NCBI GenBank assembly: GCA_038087875.1
Contig: CM075998.1
Span: 5,396,001-5,460,000, forward strand
DNA length: 64,000 nt
Reading direction: 5' to 3'
Origin: Malacoraja senta
Lineage: Eukaryota
In this document: in pieces, positions 61,853 to 64,000 of the stretch
Layout: each line of letters begins with the position of its first letter
How positions within the stretch are numbered: position 1 is the first letter of the stretch
Notes under the pieces: generated by a model
What the model was told of the DNA's origin: nothing
What the model saw: the letters and a program-made list of their open reading frames with translations, nothing else
Databases searched by the model: none
Position numbers and translations under genes: made by a program

Positions 61853-62941
61853 TTTATCCACATTGTGGTACTTTATCCACATTAAATTGATTAAAGGTTA
61901 AATTTATTAGTATTGAAAATAGTTTGTATTGTACATGAATTTGTGACCCCAAAGTTGAAGGGGGAGATGTGATGTGAATGCTAGTGCCATCTTGAAACAT
62001 TTGTACTCGTCATCAATGTGTAAATGCCAGTGCCCTCTAGAGGCCAGGAGTACAAGCTGGGGAATGTGCCTGTGCCTCATGACTGATGACAAGTGACCTT
62101 CTAGTAGTTTCTGTTGGTTGTTGGATATAATAAACACTTCTTACAAGATGTCGGGCGTGTATTCATTGTGCTGGTCACAACAGGATCATACAGCAGACAT
62201 TACAGGCGCTTCACATCCCAGGAAAGGAAAGCTGAAGGAGGCTGGGCATGAAGAGGGACATCGGATCGCGGGACGACCGGAATGGAGGCGATGGCTGCAA
62301 CGGACCGTTGTGGCCCGCTGTAGCTGGGACTGGGAAATGGTGGCAAAATGGGGCATCTTGCATATATAAGCGGGCTGTTGTGTACATACTGTACTGACTG
62401 GGGCGATTGTGTTTATATACTGTATGAGGATAGCCTGGCCGATCCGTATACAAAATGTGTAGTTCACTGCGCCTGGAACACGTGACAATATAGTAACCAT
62501 TGACCATTGCAAGAAACCATTTAGAGACAGTTCCTTTCCAGCTGTTATCAGGCAACTGAACTATCCTCTCACCAACGAGACAGCGGTCCTGACCTCCCAT
62601 CTACCTCATTGGAGACCCTTGGACTATATTTTAATCGGAATTTATCAGACTTGCACTAAATGTTGTATTCTTTATCCTTTATCTGTACACTGTGGGCATC
62701 TTGATTGTAATCATGTATAGTCTTCTTTGACTAGATAGCACGCTTACAAATGAATTAATACGTTTATTGGCTGAGTATTTGCCTTGGTGCTCCGCCCGCA
62801 AGTGACAACATGACTTACAGTGACAGTTAGGGATGACACATAAAATATTAAACATTAATAATAAAACATTATTGATTAAACATGTGAATTAAATAAAATA
62901 CCAGAGCAAAAGGAGGCTACAGATTTTTGGTTATTGAAAAA

Positions 62942-64000
62942 GCGAAGGATATTAATAAAAGATTTGCGCAATTTTATGAGAATTTGTATACATCTAAAAC
63001 GACAATTGATTCCAATAATATCACAAAGTTTTTGGATAACTGTAATCTTCCAAAGTTAGAGCTGAAGGAACAAGAGGAATTGGGTGCACAAGTCTCAATT
63101 AAGGAATTAGAAGATACAATAAACTCACTAAAGAATGGAAAAACACCAGGCCCTGATGGATTTACTAATGAATTTTATAAAAGCTTTTATGATAAAATAA
63201 TACCAAGATTACAAAAAATGTACCAATATGCTTATAAAAAACGAATACTACCTGATACATTAGCGGAATCAACGATTACACTAATACCTAAGAAAAACAA
63301 AGATTTAGAAGAACCTGGTTCATATAGAGCTATAGCATTGTTAAACACAGATCAAAAAATATTAGCGAAAACATTAGCTAGAAGATTAAGTAAATACATT
63401 AGTAAATTAATAAACCCAGATCAGACGGGGTTTATCCCTAAGAGATACTCATCTAACAATATGAGACGTCTACTCAACATAATGCACTCACACAAATCTG
63501 AAGATCAAGAATTATCAATTATTTCGCTGGATGCTGAAAAAGCATTTGATCAAGTAGAATGGAATTATATGGACAAAGTATTACAAAAATTCCAACTGGG
63601 GGAGAATTTTATTCTATGGATCAAGTTACTATATAACAAACCTACAGCTAGAATACTAACTAATAACATATTATCCTCGAAATTCCAACTATCAAGGGGA
63701 AATAGACAAGGATGCTCATTATCACCACAGCTGTTTGCTCTCATTATTGAACCGCTAGCAGAAAAAATTAGAATACACCCTGATATCCATGGATATAATA
63801 CTAAAGACTCATATAATAAAATATCTTTATACGCGGATGATATATTACTGTACATTACAAAACCTCAAATCACTATACCAAATATATTAAATTTAATTGA
63901 AGACTTTGGATCTTTTTCTGGATATAGAATAAATTGGAATAAAAGTGAAATTATGTCAATAAAACCGAAAGATTCAACACATCTTTTAAAATTCCCTTTT
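62942..64000 (+). CDS. L1-clade ORF2 (RT domain), 5'-truncated, open to the window edge
   Basis: 353 stop-free codons by manual translation: KTPGPDGFTNEFYK, YRAIALLNTDQKILAK, DQTGFI, SLDAEKAFDQVEW, GNRQGCSLSP, LYADD. Confidence 0.9.

Overview
Repeat-dense vertebrate intronic or intergenic DNA, most likely from a cartilaginous fish (skate/ray-like), judged by tRNA-headed V-SINEs of the HE1 type that share a 3' tail with abundant CR1 LINEs. I recognise no host protein-coding exon; the ORFs I can assign are transposon-derived or artefacts of tandem repeats. The window holds many CR1 fragments from several subfamilies; Rex1/Babar-, L2-, L1-, Tx1- and Vingi-like LINE pieces; about 15 SINEs; and two decayed DIRS1-type tyrosine-recombinase retrotransposons, one with intact termini and internal complementary region (ICR). 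It also holds two head-to-tail non-autonomous Helitrons with minisatellites, a PIF/Harbinger MITE, an unclassified TIR element, and many Penelope-like (PLE) terminal repeats carrying a minimal hammerhead ribozyme motif. The most striking signal is nine dispersed arrays (about 50 units) of a nearly invariant 66-bp repeat. Each unit carries the cleavage-site half (GAAACGUC) of the PLE hammerhead, and each array sits behind a single, often decayed, catalytic head inside older PLE remnants. A ~13.7-kb stack of nested insertions (4510-18195) has expanded one small LINE tail. Family assignments come from motif recognition by eye; no database search was run.
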